From: Arenicellales bacterium
GTDB taxonomy: Bacteria; Pseudomonadota; Gammaproteobacteria; Arenicellales; JAJDZL01
Direction: 5' to 3'
NCBI GenBank assembly: GCA_965214785.1
Contig: OZ243975.1
Coordinates: 708,914 to 772,913, forward strand
Length of the DNA: 64,000 bases
Positions 26,182 to 35,832 of the stretch are shown piece after piece. The translations under genes and the position numbers were made by a program. The first letter of the stretch is position 1, and every line of letters begins with the position of its first letter. Below the pieces are notes generated by a model. That model was not told where the DNA came from. It made no database searches and saw only the letters and a list, made by a program, of their open reading frames with translations.

Positions 26182-27384
26182 ATGGAAACTATGAAAACTC
26201 TTACGATCTTAGGCTCACCAAGCAGTGTAGGGCGGCAAACCTTAGATGTTGTTCGCCACCATCCCGACGATTTTTCATTCGTTGCACTGACATCGCGTTC
26301 GGCCAGTGATTTGCTTGTCGACCAATGTGTTGAATTCAAGCCGAAATATGTTGTGGTCGATGACGAATACGCACACGAAATGGTACAAAAACTCAAGCAC
26401 CGACAGTGTGAATCCGAGGTGATCACTCAAAGTGATGCGCAAACAGATTCAACGATATTTCAAACCGACGTTACGGTTACCGGAATACCTGGTTCAAGTG
26501 GACTTCATCCAACCCTGCAAGCCGTCCAGTACAGTAAAACCGTTTTGATTATCAATAAAGAACCTGTCGTGATGCTCGGTGCACTGCTACAGCAGCAAGT
26601 TCAAAAGTACAAAACGACTGTATTGCCTGTAGACAGCGAACACAATGCAATTTTCCAGTGTTCCGAAGGTGCCAATCGCGGTCGATATGAACCGTTTTCG
26701 CCAATCGCAGGGCTGCGACGCATATTGCTGGCCGGTACAGGCGGACCGTTTCTACGCACCGATCTCGACTTACTGCCGTCGATTACACCGGACCAAGCGG
26801 CCGCCCATCCGGTGTGGAACATGGGGATGAAAATTTCGATTGATTCGGCAACCATGATGAATAAAGGTCTTGAGATTATCGAGGCCAGGTGGTTGTTCAA
26901 CGCTGCGGTCGATCAAATCGAAGTGGCAATTCACCCTCAGGGTATGGTTCATTCGATGGTGGAATACATGGACGGGTCTGTAATCGCACAAATGGCCACC
27001 CCTGATATGCGAGTGCCTATCGCTAATGCATTGTTCTGGCCAGCCAGGAAGTTCAGCGGTGCAGAATTTATCGACATTTTCAAGATGCAAAACCTGACCT
27101 TTGAGTCCCCGGACTACCAGAGGTTTCCGTGCCTGAAGCTGGCGAGCGAAGTCGCTTGCGCAGGCGGCAGTTCTGCAACTGTAATGAATGCCGCAAATGA
27201 AATTGCGGTTGACGCCTTTGTAAAAACCGAGATTAAGTTCACAGATATCTTCAAAGTTATACGCAACTGTGTTGACACACTAGGCGATCATCCCGTGGAA
27301 AGTATCGAGCATGTTATGGAAGTTGATAAAATGGCACGACGCAGTGCTCAACAAATAATCCAATCACTGCGAACAAACAAATAA
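26182..27384 (+). CDS. dxr: 1-deoxy-D-xylulose 5-phosphate reductoisomerase
   Basis: The ATG at 26182 follows directly after the cdsA stop. The protein starts METMKTLTILGSPSSVGRQTLDVV and contains the PVDSEHNAIFQC motif. The ORF-track start at 26116 overlaps cdsA. Confidence 0.93.
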   Translation: METMKTLTILGSPSSVGRQTLDVVRHHPDDFSFVALTSRSASDLLVDQCVEFKPKYVVVDDEYAHEMVQKLKHRQCESEVITQSDAQTDSTIFQTDVTVTGIPGSSGLHPTLQAVQYSKTVLIINKEPVVMLGALLQQQVQKYKTTVLPVDSEHNAIFQCSEGANRGRYEPFSPIAGLRRILLAGTGGPFLRTDLDLLPSITPDQAAAHPVWNMGMKISIDSATMMNKGLEIIEARWLFNAAVDQIEVAIHPQGMVHSMVEYMDGSVIAQMATPDMRVPIANALFWPARKFSGAEFIDIFKMQNLTFESPDYQRFPCLKLASEVACAGGSSATVMNAANEIAVDAFVKTEIKFTDIFKVIRNCVDTLGDHPVESIEHVMEVDKMARRSAQQIIQSLRTNK

Positions 27385-27415
27385 AAACAACTCGCACCAC
27401 CAGGAACGATAATCA

Positions 27416-28780
27416 ATGGGTGAAATCTTATACAGCGTGATTTTTTTCATCGTCGCGGTCGGTGCACTCATTACTTTTCACGAATACGGTCACTTCTGGA
27501 TGGCCAGAAGAGCCGGCGTAACAGTGTTGCGGTTTTCGGTTGGATTTGGTCCGGCAATTTTTCGTTTCCAAAGAAAAGACTCGCCTACTGAATACGTTAT
27601 CGCTGCGATCCCCTTGGGCGGTTATGTCAAGATGCTTGATGAGACTGTCGACGAAGTCAGCCAAGAACTTGCGCCTACTGCGTTTAATCGCCAGCGGCTA
27701 TACAAGCGTTCCGCAATTGTCGCTGCTGGGCCTTTGGCGAATTTCTTACTGGCAGCTTTGCTCTATGCAACTACCTATGTCATTGGCACAGACGGAATTC
27801 GTCCGGTTATTGGACAATTTACCCAGGACAGCATTGCTGAACAATCCGGACTTCTAATTGGTGATGAGCTTGTTGAAGTTGATGGAAAATCAATTCAAAG
27901 CTGGGATCAGCATCACTTTTATCTGCTAAATCAAATTGTCAGTGACAGCACTGTTGAGTACAAAGTTGTAACCGACCAGCGCGAACGGGTCGCTGCGGTC
28001 GATTTTTCGAAGCTTCAGTCCGTAGATCTGCAAAATCAGTCGCTTGAGCAAATTATCGGCATGTACCCTCAATTGCCGACAATCGCACCCATCGTCGGCG
28101 ATGTGGTCAGCGGTTATCCCGCCGCGCAAGCCGGGCTTGAACCGAACGATCGGATCATCGGTATCAACGGAAAGGAAATATCAAACTGGAACGAACTTGT
28201 CGAAACAGTGCGTCACAGCGATACCGGTGAACTTCAGTTTGCTGTCGAAAGGAACGAGACGATTTTGGACTTCGCCATCACACCGCGTGTTGTCTCGATC
28301 GATGGCAATGAGGTCAAACAAATCGGAATTTCGGTTAGTCCACAACAGCAAATCGAAGACTCTGACTATAAGGTGACGGTTCGTCACGGTCCGCTGACAG
28401 CACTGGCTAAGGGATTCGAAACGATGTGGTCGACTACAGCGCTGACTGTAAAAATGTTGATTGGGCTATTTAGCATGAAGCAGTCTGCTGAAGCGATCGG
28501 CGGTCCGATTGCAATTGCGGAATATGCCGGCAAAGCCGCACAGGCAGGGCTGAACAACTACCTGACTTTCCTGGCATTGCTTAGCATCTCTCTTGGCATT
28601 TTGAATCTGCTTCCCATCCCTGTATTGGATGGAGGACATCTGGTGTTTCACGCTTATGAAGCGGTAACCGGTTCTCCGCCTACTGAAAAAATGGTCGGTT
28701 TTGCAAACCAGATTGGTTTGATAATGCTGGTTTGTTTAATGGGCTTTGCGTTTTATAATGACTTAACCAGAGTTCTGTAA
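27416..28780 (+). CDS. rseP: Site-2 zinc metalloprotease RseP
   Basis: 454 aa. It has the HEYGHF zinc motif, two PDZ-like regions and NLLPIPVLDGGH. Confidence 0.93.
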   Translation: MGEILYSVIFFIVAVGALITFHEYGHFWMARRAGVTVLRFSVGFGPAIFRFQRKDSPTEYVIAAIPLGGYVKMLDETVDEVSQELAPTAFNRQRLYKRSAIVAAGPLANFLLAALLYATTYVIGTDGIRPVIGQFTQDSIAEQSGLLIGDELVEVDGKSIQSWDQHHFYLLNQIVSDSTVEYKVVTDQRERVAAVDFSKLQSVDLQNQSLEQIIGMYPQLPTIAPIVGDVVSGYPAAQAGLEPNDRIIGINGKEISNWNELVETVRHSDTGELQFAVERNETILDFAITPRVVSIDGNEVKQIGISVSPQQQIEDSDYKVTVRHGPLTALAKGFETMWSTTALTVKMLIGLFSMKQSAEAIGGPIAIAEYAGKAAQAGLNNYLTFLALLSISLGILNLLPIPVLDGGHLVFHAYEAVTGSPPTEKMVGFANQIGLIMLVCLMGFAFYNDLTRVL

Positions 28781-28795
28781 CCTCCTGATCAGGAA

Positions 28796-31183
28796 ATGAA
28801 AAAAATATCTCTTTTAGGAACGCTTGCTTTGTTGCTTTCTACAGCGGCTTTGGCGATTGATGCATTTATTATCGACGACATCGAAATAGAGGGTCTTCAA
28901 CGGGTTTCCGCAGGAGCTGTATTTGTTGCATTGCCGGTAAAAGCCGGAGATCAGATGAACAATTCTGTATCGGCTGCGTCTATCCAGGCAATCTACGCCA
29001 CCGGGCTGTTTGACGATGTTCAACTGCACCGGCAAGGCAACACGCTGATCGTCTCAGTGATCGAACGTCCCCTAATTGCTGAAACATCATTCAGTGGCAA
29101 CCGGAAGATTAAAAAAGAAGCGTTCGAAAGCGCTTTGAATTTCGCGGGTATGAATGCCGGTGGAATCTACAACCCCGAAGATGTTGATAGATTCATTGAT
29201 GAGTTGAAACAAGAATACGCAAAAGTCGGTTATTTTTCAGTAGTCGTAGAAACTTCTGTCGTCCCTGTTGAACGCAATCGGGTTGAAATATATTTCAAAA
29301 TATACGAAGGCAAAGTCGCACTGATTAAGGAAATTCGCATCGTAGGAAATGAAAATCTGTCCGACGATGAGATTAAAGAACTGATGAAAGCAACGACAAA
29401 GAAAACCTGGGGTATCCTGAATCGCAACAACCGCTATAACCGCGAAGTGTTGCGTGCCGATGTTGAAAGTATAGTCAGTCATTACAACAATGCTGGATTT
29501 ATCAATTTCAATGTCAATTCACTGAATTCATTCATCTCAGATGATCAGCGCAGCATTTTGATCGTTCTATCGGTCACTGAAGGCGAGCAGTACAAGTTCG
29601 GTGATGTCATGGTCAGCGCAACCGATCCGATTGTGCCGCAACCGACACTTGAATCTTTAGTGGTCGAAGAAGCTGGAGACCCATATTCGTTTGATACGGT
29701 AGGGCAGACGCGCTCGAGCATCACTGAAGAGTTTGCAAATCGAGGTTATGCCCGCACCCAAGTCGACCCATTGCCCACAGTTGATGATGAACAGCAGTCG
29801 ATTGATGTGAATTACGTAGTCGACCCGGGCAAACGAACATATGTTCGCAGAATCATCTTCAATGGCAACTACGTCACCGACGATGAAGTGCTGCGAAGAG
29901 AGATGCGAATCTATGAAGGAAGCGCATATTCGGCAGAGCAGATCAGACAGTCGCGCGCCCGGCTAAACAGACTTGGCATCTTTCAAAACGTCGATATTCA
30001 GGTTATTGATGTAACCGAAGCAGACGATCAAGTCGATATCATCGTCGATGTAAAAGAAAGTCTAACCGGATCAATTTTGTTTGGAGTCGGTTACAGTGAA
30101 TCTGAAGACGCCTCATTTAATGTTCAGTTTTCGCAAAGAAATCTCTACGGCACAGGTAAAGAACTCACTGTAGATGCAAATTATGGAAAAATCACAAAGT
30201 CATTGGATTTTGATTATTTAAATCCGTATCACACCTTAGATGGAGTCTCTCGCGGATTTTCTCTAGGCTATAGAAGAACCGATACTTCTGAGTCCGATAC
30301 CCAATCTGTTTATGACTATGACTCGGTTTCCGGAGGTGTGTATTACGGATTTCCGGTTTCCGAAGTATCTCGTGTGGGTTTGAGACTGTCTGGCGAACAG
30401 TTCGAATTCAAGGATAATGCAACAGCTCAAGGTGATTTTGTTGTTCAGGAATTTATTGATGAACAACCGAAAGGTTCCAATGCGATTGTAACAATCAGTT
30501 ACAGAAGAGACACTCGCAACCGAGCAGTATTTGCTTCAAGCGGATCGGATTTGTATCTCGCATCAGAGTTCACCGGTGGGAAATTAGACTTCTATACGCT
30601 TAAAGGGCGATATGCCCATTTCTTTTCGCTAGGAGGCGATGTCACGCTGCGTCTTGGCGCCAATGTTGACTACGGCAGCCCTAAACTGCCTTTTTATCGA
30701 AATTTCTATATGCTCGGTTCCACTCAGATACGCGGTTTTGAAAGCGGCAGATTAGGAGCCAAAGAGGTTTGCAAAATTACAACCGGCACCTCACCTGACA
30801 TTGAAACCACCTACCAAGAATGTACAAACGCTTTGTCTCTTGGCGGGAATATGAGATTTTTTACACGCGCGGATTTATACCTCCCGTTTCTTGGAACACG
30901 CGATAGTGACGACAAGCGGTTTTCACTGTTCGTAGACGCAGGCAATACTTTCATGACATCGAACAGCCAATACAGCAAGCGAATCAAAGGCGTGGATTCA
31001 GACGGTCAACTGAAAGATCATTTGGAACGACCAAATTTCTCAAATCTGCGAGCATCAAGCGGTCTGGCCTTTGAATGGCTGTCACCAATTGGCCCATTTG
31101 GAATCAGTTACGGCATCCCGGTCAAAGAAAAAAGAGGGGATAAGCACAATAAATTTCAAATCACACTTGGATATTTGAACTAA
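28796..31183 (+). CDS. bamA: Outer membrane protein assembly factor BamA
   Basis: 795 aa. It has a signal peptide, POTRA repeats (IEIEGLQRVS...) and a C-terminal barrel ending ...FQITLGYLN. Confidence 0.95.
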   Translation: MKKISLLGTLALLLSTAALAIDAFIIDDIEIEGLQRVSAGAVFVALPVKAGDQMNNSVSAASIQAIYATGLFDDVQLHRQGNTLIVSVIERPLIAETSFSGNRKIKKEAFESALNFAGMNAGGIYNPEDVDRFIDELKQEYAKVGYFSVVVETSVVPVERNRVEIYFKIYEGKVALIKEIRIVGNENLSDDEIKELMKATTKKTWGILNRNNRYNREVLRADVESIVSHYNNAGFINFNVNSLNSFISDDQRSILIVLSVTEGEQYKFGDVMVSATDPIVPQPTLESLVVEEAGDPYSFDTVGQTRSSITEEFANRGYARTQVDPLPTVDDEQQSIDVNYVVDPGKRTYVRRIIFNGNYVTDDEVLRREMRIYEGSAYSAEQIRQSRARLNRLGIFQNVDIQVIDVTEADDQVDIIVDVKESLTGSILFGVGYSESEDASFNVQFSQRNLYGTGKELTVDANYGKITKSLDFDYLNPYHTLDGVSRGFSLGYRRTDTSESDTQSVYDYDSVSGGVYYGFPVSEVSRVGLRLSGEQFEFKDNATAQGDFVVQEFIDEQPKGSNAIVTISYRRDTRNRAVFASSGSDLYLASEFTGGKLDFYTLKGRYAHFFSLGGDVTLRLGANVDYGSPKLPFYRNFYMLGSTQIRGFESGRLGAKEVCKITTGTSPDIETTYQECTNALSLGGNMRFFTRADLYLPFLGTRDSDDKRFSLFVDAGNTFMTSNSQYSKRIKGVDSDGQLKDHLERPNFSNLRASSGLAFEWLSPIGPFGISYGIPVKEKRGDKHNKFQITLGYLN

Positions 31184-31200
31184 GAAAATTGAAAAATAAA

Positions 31201-31734
31201 ATGAAAAAAAGGATGTTGAATCGAATAGGAACTTTGATCTCGCTGGTGGCACTGATGGTGGCGCCAGCGTATGCTCAAAACGAACCTTTGAAAATCGGAT
31301 ACATCGATGCAAATCGAGTCGTATCTGAAGCACCCCAAGGTACTCAGGCACTGAAAGATTTGCAGGAAGAATTCGCTCAACGAGAAGAAACACTGCGTAG
31401 TATGCAGATCGAATTGATCGATGTTCAAGACAAACTTGAAAATGCAGAAGCTTCAGATCTTTCGATTTCGGAAGTGCGAAATCTTGAAACCAAGCTGCGT
31501 AGACTGCAACGAGACCTGGACAGACGGTCCGAAGAGCTAAACGAAGACTTTAACTATCGGCGCAATCAGGAACTCGAATCGTTGCAGACAACCATCAGTG
31601 ATTTGATTCTGCAGATGGCAAGAGAGAAGAACTTCGATCTGATCGTACAAAGTCCGGTGGTCTGGGCAAGCGAAAGAATTGATATTACTGATGAGGTTTT
31701 AGACGAACTTCAGCGGATGTTCCAAAGTGAGTGA
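31201..31734 (+). CDS. skp: Periplasmic chaperone Skp (OmpH)
   Basis: The ATG at 31201 gives MKKRMLNRIGTLISLVALMVAPAYA|Q, a signal peptide, followed by a coiled-coil-rich body. It sits between bamA and lpxD. The ORF-track alternative is TTG at 31189. Confidence 0.85.
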   Translation: MKKRMLNRIGTLISLVALMVAPAYAQNEPLKIGYIDANRVVSEAPQGTQALKDLQEEFAQREETLRSMQIELIDVQDKLENAEASDLSISEVRNLETKLRRLQRDLDRRSEELNEDFNYRRNQELESLQTTISDLILQMAREKNFDLIVQSPVVWASERIDITDEVLDELQRMFQSE

Positions 31735-32725
31735 ATTAAATACGTCGAACGCAAACTGGACTTTATCTGAACTGGCCGAATTAGTTGGCGGACGATTTCA
31801 CGGAAATCCGTCAAAACAAGTATCACGCATTTCCAGCCTGCAGGATGCAACCGCAGAATCTATCGCACACTGTTCGAGCGAATCGCAGTCCAAATTCCTC
31901 ACAACCACAGCAGCAGGCATTGTTATTTTGCCTGAACAGCACAATTGGATTTTTAACGGCGATCGTCTCATAACCGGTAATCCTCGCATTGCGTTTGGTA
32001 TGATTGTCTCAGCCATGCACGCGCATCAAAAACACGAAGCAGGCATTCACAGCACTGCAGTTATCGGCAAGCGCTGCCAGATTTCACAATCAGCGCGTAT
32101 CGAAGCCAATGCAGTTATTGCAGATGACGTGCAAATCGAACAAGGCGTATCGATCGGCAGCAGCAGCGTAATTGGAGATCGCTGCAAGATCGCACCGGGA
32201 ACGCATATAGAACACAATGTCACAGTGTATCGCGACACTGTAATCGGTGCCAATTGCCGCATTTTGGCTGGTGCTGTAATCGGCGCCAGTGGATTTAGTT
32301 TTGAATGGGACGGCGCAAAATGGTTTGAAATCGAAAATGTCGGTTCAGTTGCAATAGGTGACGATGTGTCCATTGGAGCTTGCACTTCCATCGACCGTGC
32401 ATCGATCGGAATAACTCGTATCGGCAATGGAGTCAAGATTGATAATAATGTTCAGATCGGACACAATTGCGATATTGGAGACCATACGTTGATTGTTGCC
32501 AACGCCGGTGTAGCAGGCAGTGTCAAAATAGGCAAACGCTGTACAATTGCAGGACACTGTGCGATAGCCAGTCACAGCGAAATCGCCGATGATGTCGTGA
32601 TACAGGCAGGCAGCATTGTTTGCAAGTCTTTGAGAAAATCAGGTGTCTACGGTGCGACAATACCGGTACGTGAAGCTCGAGACTGGCAAAAGACACTGGC
32701 AAAACTGAACCGCTTGAATTCATAA
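31727..32725 (+). CDS. lpxD: UDP-3-O-acylglucosamine N-acyltransferase
   Basis: 332-aa left-handed beta-helix protein with hexapeptide repeats. It lies in skp-lpxD-fabZ synteny. Confidence 0.93.
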   Translation: MSELNTSNANWTLSELAELVGGRFHGNPSKQVSRISSLQDATAESIAHCSSESQSKFLTTTAAGIVILPEQHNWIFNGDRLITGNPRIAFGMIVSAMHAHQKHEAGIHSTAVIGKRCQISQSARIEANAVIADDVQIEQGVSIGSSSVIGDRCKIAPGTHIEHNVTVYRDTVIGANCRILAGAVIGASGFSFEWDGAKWFEIENVGSVAIGDDVSIGACTSIDRASIGITRIGNGVKIDNNVQIGHNCDIGDHTLIVANAGVAGSVKIGKRCTIAGHCAIASHSEIADDVVIQAGSIVCKSLRKSGVYGATIPVREARDWQKTLAKLNRLNS

Positions 32726-32790
32726 ACTAAGTGCTTTGCAATTAATCGATTGATTGAACTGACACAAATCCAGACAATAAATGTAACTCC

Positions 32791-33231
32791 ATGCCAACAT
32801 TGACAATCAACGAGATTCGCGAATTGCTGCCACATCGTTATCCGATGTTGCTTGTTGACCGCATTGTTGACTATGACGACGAATCACTGACCGCGCTAAA
32901 GACCGTTACCATCAATGAACCCGTGTTCCAAGGTCATTTTCCGCACTATCCGGTTTTTCCCGGTGTCTTGATTCTCGAATCGATGGTGCAGGCTTCAGCG
33001 ATCATGGCCAGCCTGTCGCTTGGCGCAAAAGCAAGCGATAACAGAGTCTACCTTTTCGCTGGAATCGACAACGCTCGCTTTAAAAAGCAAGTCATCCCCG
33101 GTGACTGCATCGAAATCAAAACCCGCACAGTGCGTCGAATTCGAAATATCTGGAAAACTGCAGCCGATGCAAGAGTAGACGGAGCAGTTGTCTGCACAGC
33201 AGAATTGCTATTTACTTTTCAGGAAGTGTGA
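32791..33231 (+). CDS. fabZ: 3-hydroxyacyl-ACP dehydratase FabZ
   Basis: 146 aa. Motifs are LPHRYPMLLVDR and FQGHFP..PVFPGVL. Confidence 0.95.
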   Translation: MPTLTINEIRELLPHRYPMLLVDRIVDYDDESLTALKTVTINEPVFQGHFPHYPVFPGVLILESMVQASAIMASLSLGAKASDNRVYLFAGIDNARFKKQVIPGDCIEIKTRTVRRIRNIWKTAADARVDGAVVCTAELLFTFQEV

Positions 33232-34002
33232 ATGATCGATTCTAAGGCGATCGTTTCCTCCAACTCAAAAATCGGCAACAACGTCAGAATTGATGCTTTT
33301 GCAATCATTGAAGACGATGTGGAAATCGCCGACAACTGCTGGATCGCCAGCCACAGCGTTATCCGCAGTCATACCCGCCTTGGCTGCAACAACCGCATCC
33401 ATGAATTCGCGGTACTCGGAGGAGACCCGCAGTCTATACACTACGGCGGTGAATCAAGCACGTTGGTAATCGGAGATCACAACAACATTCGCGAGTTTGT
33501 CACCATCTCTCGAGGAACCGAACGTTCAACAGGCGTTACCTCCATTGGCAGCCACAACACCTTCATGGCCTATTCTCACATCGCCCATGATTGCGAAGTT
33601 GGAGACTATTGCACCTTTGTAAACGGAACCAACCTGGCCGGACATGTTACAGTTGCTGACTTCGCTTTTCTCGGCGGCTTTACACTGATTCATCAAAACT
33701 GTCGGATTGGTACTTTTTGTATGACTGGCATCAAAACGGTTTTGCGTCAGGATGTCGCACCTTACGTGACTGTGAGTGGCGACCCTGCTCAAGCAGTCTC
33801 AATTAACTCAAGAGGATTGCGAAGACACAATTGTGAGGACAACTCCATTCGCGCATTGAAAAAAGTGTTTCACTTGTATTTTCGCAAAAATAGACACGGA
33901 AAAGATTTGAAAAAACTGCTTGACCAAGATGTGCTCAGCGATCACAGGGTCAAGCATTTAATAGAATTTGTGCTGTCATCCGAGCGCGGAATCGTCCGTT
34001 AG
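33232..34002 (+). CDS. lpxA: Acyl-ACP--UDP-N-acetylglucosamine O-acyltransferase
   Basis: 256-aa hexapeptide-repeat protein lying between fabZ and lpxB. Confidence 0.95.
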   Translation: MIDSKAIVSSNSKIGNNVRIDAFAIIEDDVEIADNCWIASHSVIRSHTRLGCNNRIHEFAVLGGDPQSIHYGGESSTLVIGDHNNIREFVTISRGTERSTGVTSIGSHNTFMAYSHIAHDCEVGDYCTFVNGTNLAGHVTVADFAFLGGFTLIHQNCRIGTFCMTGIKTVLRQDVAPYVTVSGDPAQAVSINSRGLRRHNCEDNSIRALKKVFHLYFRKNRHGKDLKKLLDQDVLSDHRVKHLIEFVLSSERGIVR

Positions 34003-34105
34003 AGAATCAACACAAGATATTTCCAGGCAAACTGCTTGAATCATTCCATGCCAAGTCGCATTGATCACACAGATGCGGGTATTCGTTGCAGGTGAACTGT
34101 TCACG

Positions 34106-35245
34106 ATGGGTAGTCGCAAGAAAATTGCAATCGTCGCGGGAGAAGACTCCGGTGATGTTTTGGGTGCCGGGTTAATCCGGTGTCTTCAATCCAAAGACAG
34201 CAATCTGGAATTCTTTGGCATTTGCGGACCCGCAATGATTGGTGAAGGTGCAGCTGCGCTGCACAGCATCGAGAATTTGAATGCAATCGGCTTGGAAGGC
34301 CTGTTTGGACGACTCCGGAAAATTCTGCACATCCGTAAACAGCTCATCGAACATCTAATCAAAGTGCGACCTGAGCTTTACATCGGAATAGACGCGCCGG
34401 ATTTTAATTTACAAGTTCATAAACGACTCAACGAAGCCGGTATCCCGAGCATCCAGTATGTCGCACCGACGCTGTGGGCATGGCGTTCGTACCGCATCCG
34501 CAAAATCAAAAAGTATGTTACCAAACTATTGACTGTCTATCCATTCGAAAGTCATTTGTATGAGGCGGCGCAAGTCCCGTTTACCTATGTTGGACACCCT
34601 GTGGCTGATGAGATCGATGGCCAACCAAATCTGCAATATCGTTGTGAAATGGGATTTGAAGACACAGATGTTCTGATCGCTTTGCTGCCTGGCAGTCGCT
34701 TGTCGGAAGTAAAAAAACTCGCTCCCATATTTGTTGACACCGCCTTAAAACTGATGCAAACAGACAGCCGCTTTAAGTTCGCCACCCCAGCGGTCAACAG
34801 CGATGTTGCAACGTACTTGCAAAACGTTCTCAGTGCCAAGGCACCGCAACTGCCAATTGTTGTGCAAGACCGAAACTCCCGCAATCTCATCGCAGCAGCC
34901 GATATTGTGTTAACCGCCTCAGGGACCGCTGCGTTAGAAGCAGCATTGTCGAAAAAACCGGTTGTTGTTGGCTACCGGGTGTCATTGCCAACCTTGATTC
35001 TTGTCAAATTGATGGTTAAAGTCAAACACTATTCGATTTTGAATCACTTAGGAGACCACCCTGTAATTCCAGAATTTATGCAGGGTGACTGCAATGCTGA
35101 CAATCTGCTCGGTGAAGTATTGAAGTTGGCAAATAATTCAGACTATCGCAAACAAATGCTGAGCAATTTTGAACAATTCACAGATCAGCTTCGGCTCGGT
35201 GCAAATGAACGAGCAGCGCAAGAAGTGATCAAACTTTTGCGATAA
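34106..35245 (+). CDS. lpxB: Lipid-A-disaccharide synthase
   Basis: The ATG at 34106 gives MGSRKKIAIVAGEDSGDVLGAGL, a typical LpxB N-terminus. The ORF-track start at 34061 adds 15 unlikely residues. Confidence 0.9.
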   Translation: MGSRKKIAIVAGEDSGDVLGAGLIRCLQSKDSNLEFFGICGPAMIGEGAAALHSIENLNAIGLEGLFGRLRKILHIRKQLIEHLIKVRPELYIGIDAPDFNLQVHKRLNEAGIPSIQYVAPTLWAWRSYRIRKIKKYVTKLLTVYPFESHLYEAAQVPFTYVGHPVADEIDGQPNLQYRCEMGFEDTDVLIALLPGSRLSEVKKLAPIFVDTALKLMQTDSRFKFATPAVNSDVATYLQNVLSAKAPQLPIVVQDRNSRNLIAAADIVLTASGTAALEAALSKKPVVVGYRVSLPTLILVKLMVKVKHYSILNHLGDHPVIPEFMQGDCNADNLLGEVLKLANNSDYRKQMLSNFEQFTDQLRLGANERAAQEVIKLLR

Positions 35246-35832
35246 TGAGCACTGATCACATCGCAGGAGTTGATGAAGCCGGAAGAGGTGCTCTTGCCGG
35301 ACCGGTTGTCGCCGCCGCTGTCATTCTTCCACCGAAACACGGCATTGAAGGCTTGGCGGATTCAAAAAAGCTAAGTTCGGCTGCAAGAACACATTTGGCC
35401 GGTGAAATTGTCAATGAATGCATTTGCTGGGCTTACAGTTGTGGACAGCCAGAAGAAATTGATCAAATCAATATACTTCGTTCCACGCTGGCATCAATGA
35501 AGCGTGCAATCGAAGCGCTGAACATTCAGCCTCAAGTGGTGCTAGTCGATGGCAATCAGGTTCCAGATGTATCAATAGAAACCCAAGCGATCGTAAAAGG
35601 TGACGAAAGTGTCCCCGTAATTTCAGCGGCTTCCATACTTGCAAAGACAACTCGAGATCGAATAATGTGTCAATGGGCGAAAAAGTATCCTCACTATGGG
35701 TTTGATTCTCATGTTGGTTATGGCACCAAACAACACATCGAAGCGCTGCATCGTCATGGGGTTTTGCCGATTCATCGGCGAACATTTTCCCCGGTTACAA
35801 AGGTAATCGAAAACAAACACAGGATTGTTTGA
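35245..35832 (+). CDS. rnhB: Ribonuclease HII
   Basis: 195 aa. It has the GVDEAGRGALAGPVVAAAV motif. Its start overlaps the lpxB stop. Confidence 0.93.
   Translation: MSTDHIAGVDEAGRGALAGPVVAAAVILPPKHGIEGLADSKKLSSAARTHLAGEIVNECICWAYSCGQPEEIDQINILRSTLASMKRAIEALNIQPQVVLVDGNQVPDVSIETQAIVKGDESVPVISAASILAKTTRDRIMCQWAKKYPHYGFDSHVGYGTKQHIEALHRHGVLPIHRRTFSPVTKVIENKHRIV

Noticed and set aside
32047-32436. 129-aa antisense ORF within lpxD.
   Set aside because: This is a typical shadow ORF generated by the periodic hexapeptide-repeat coding sequence.
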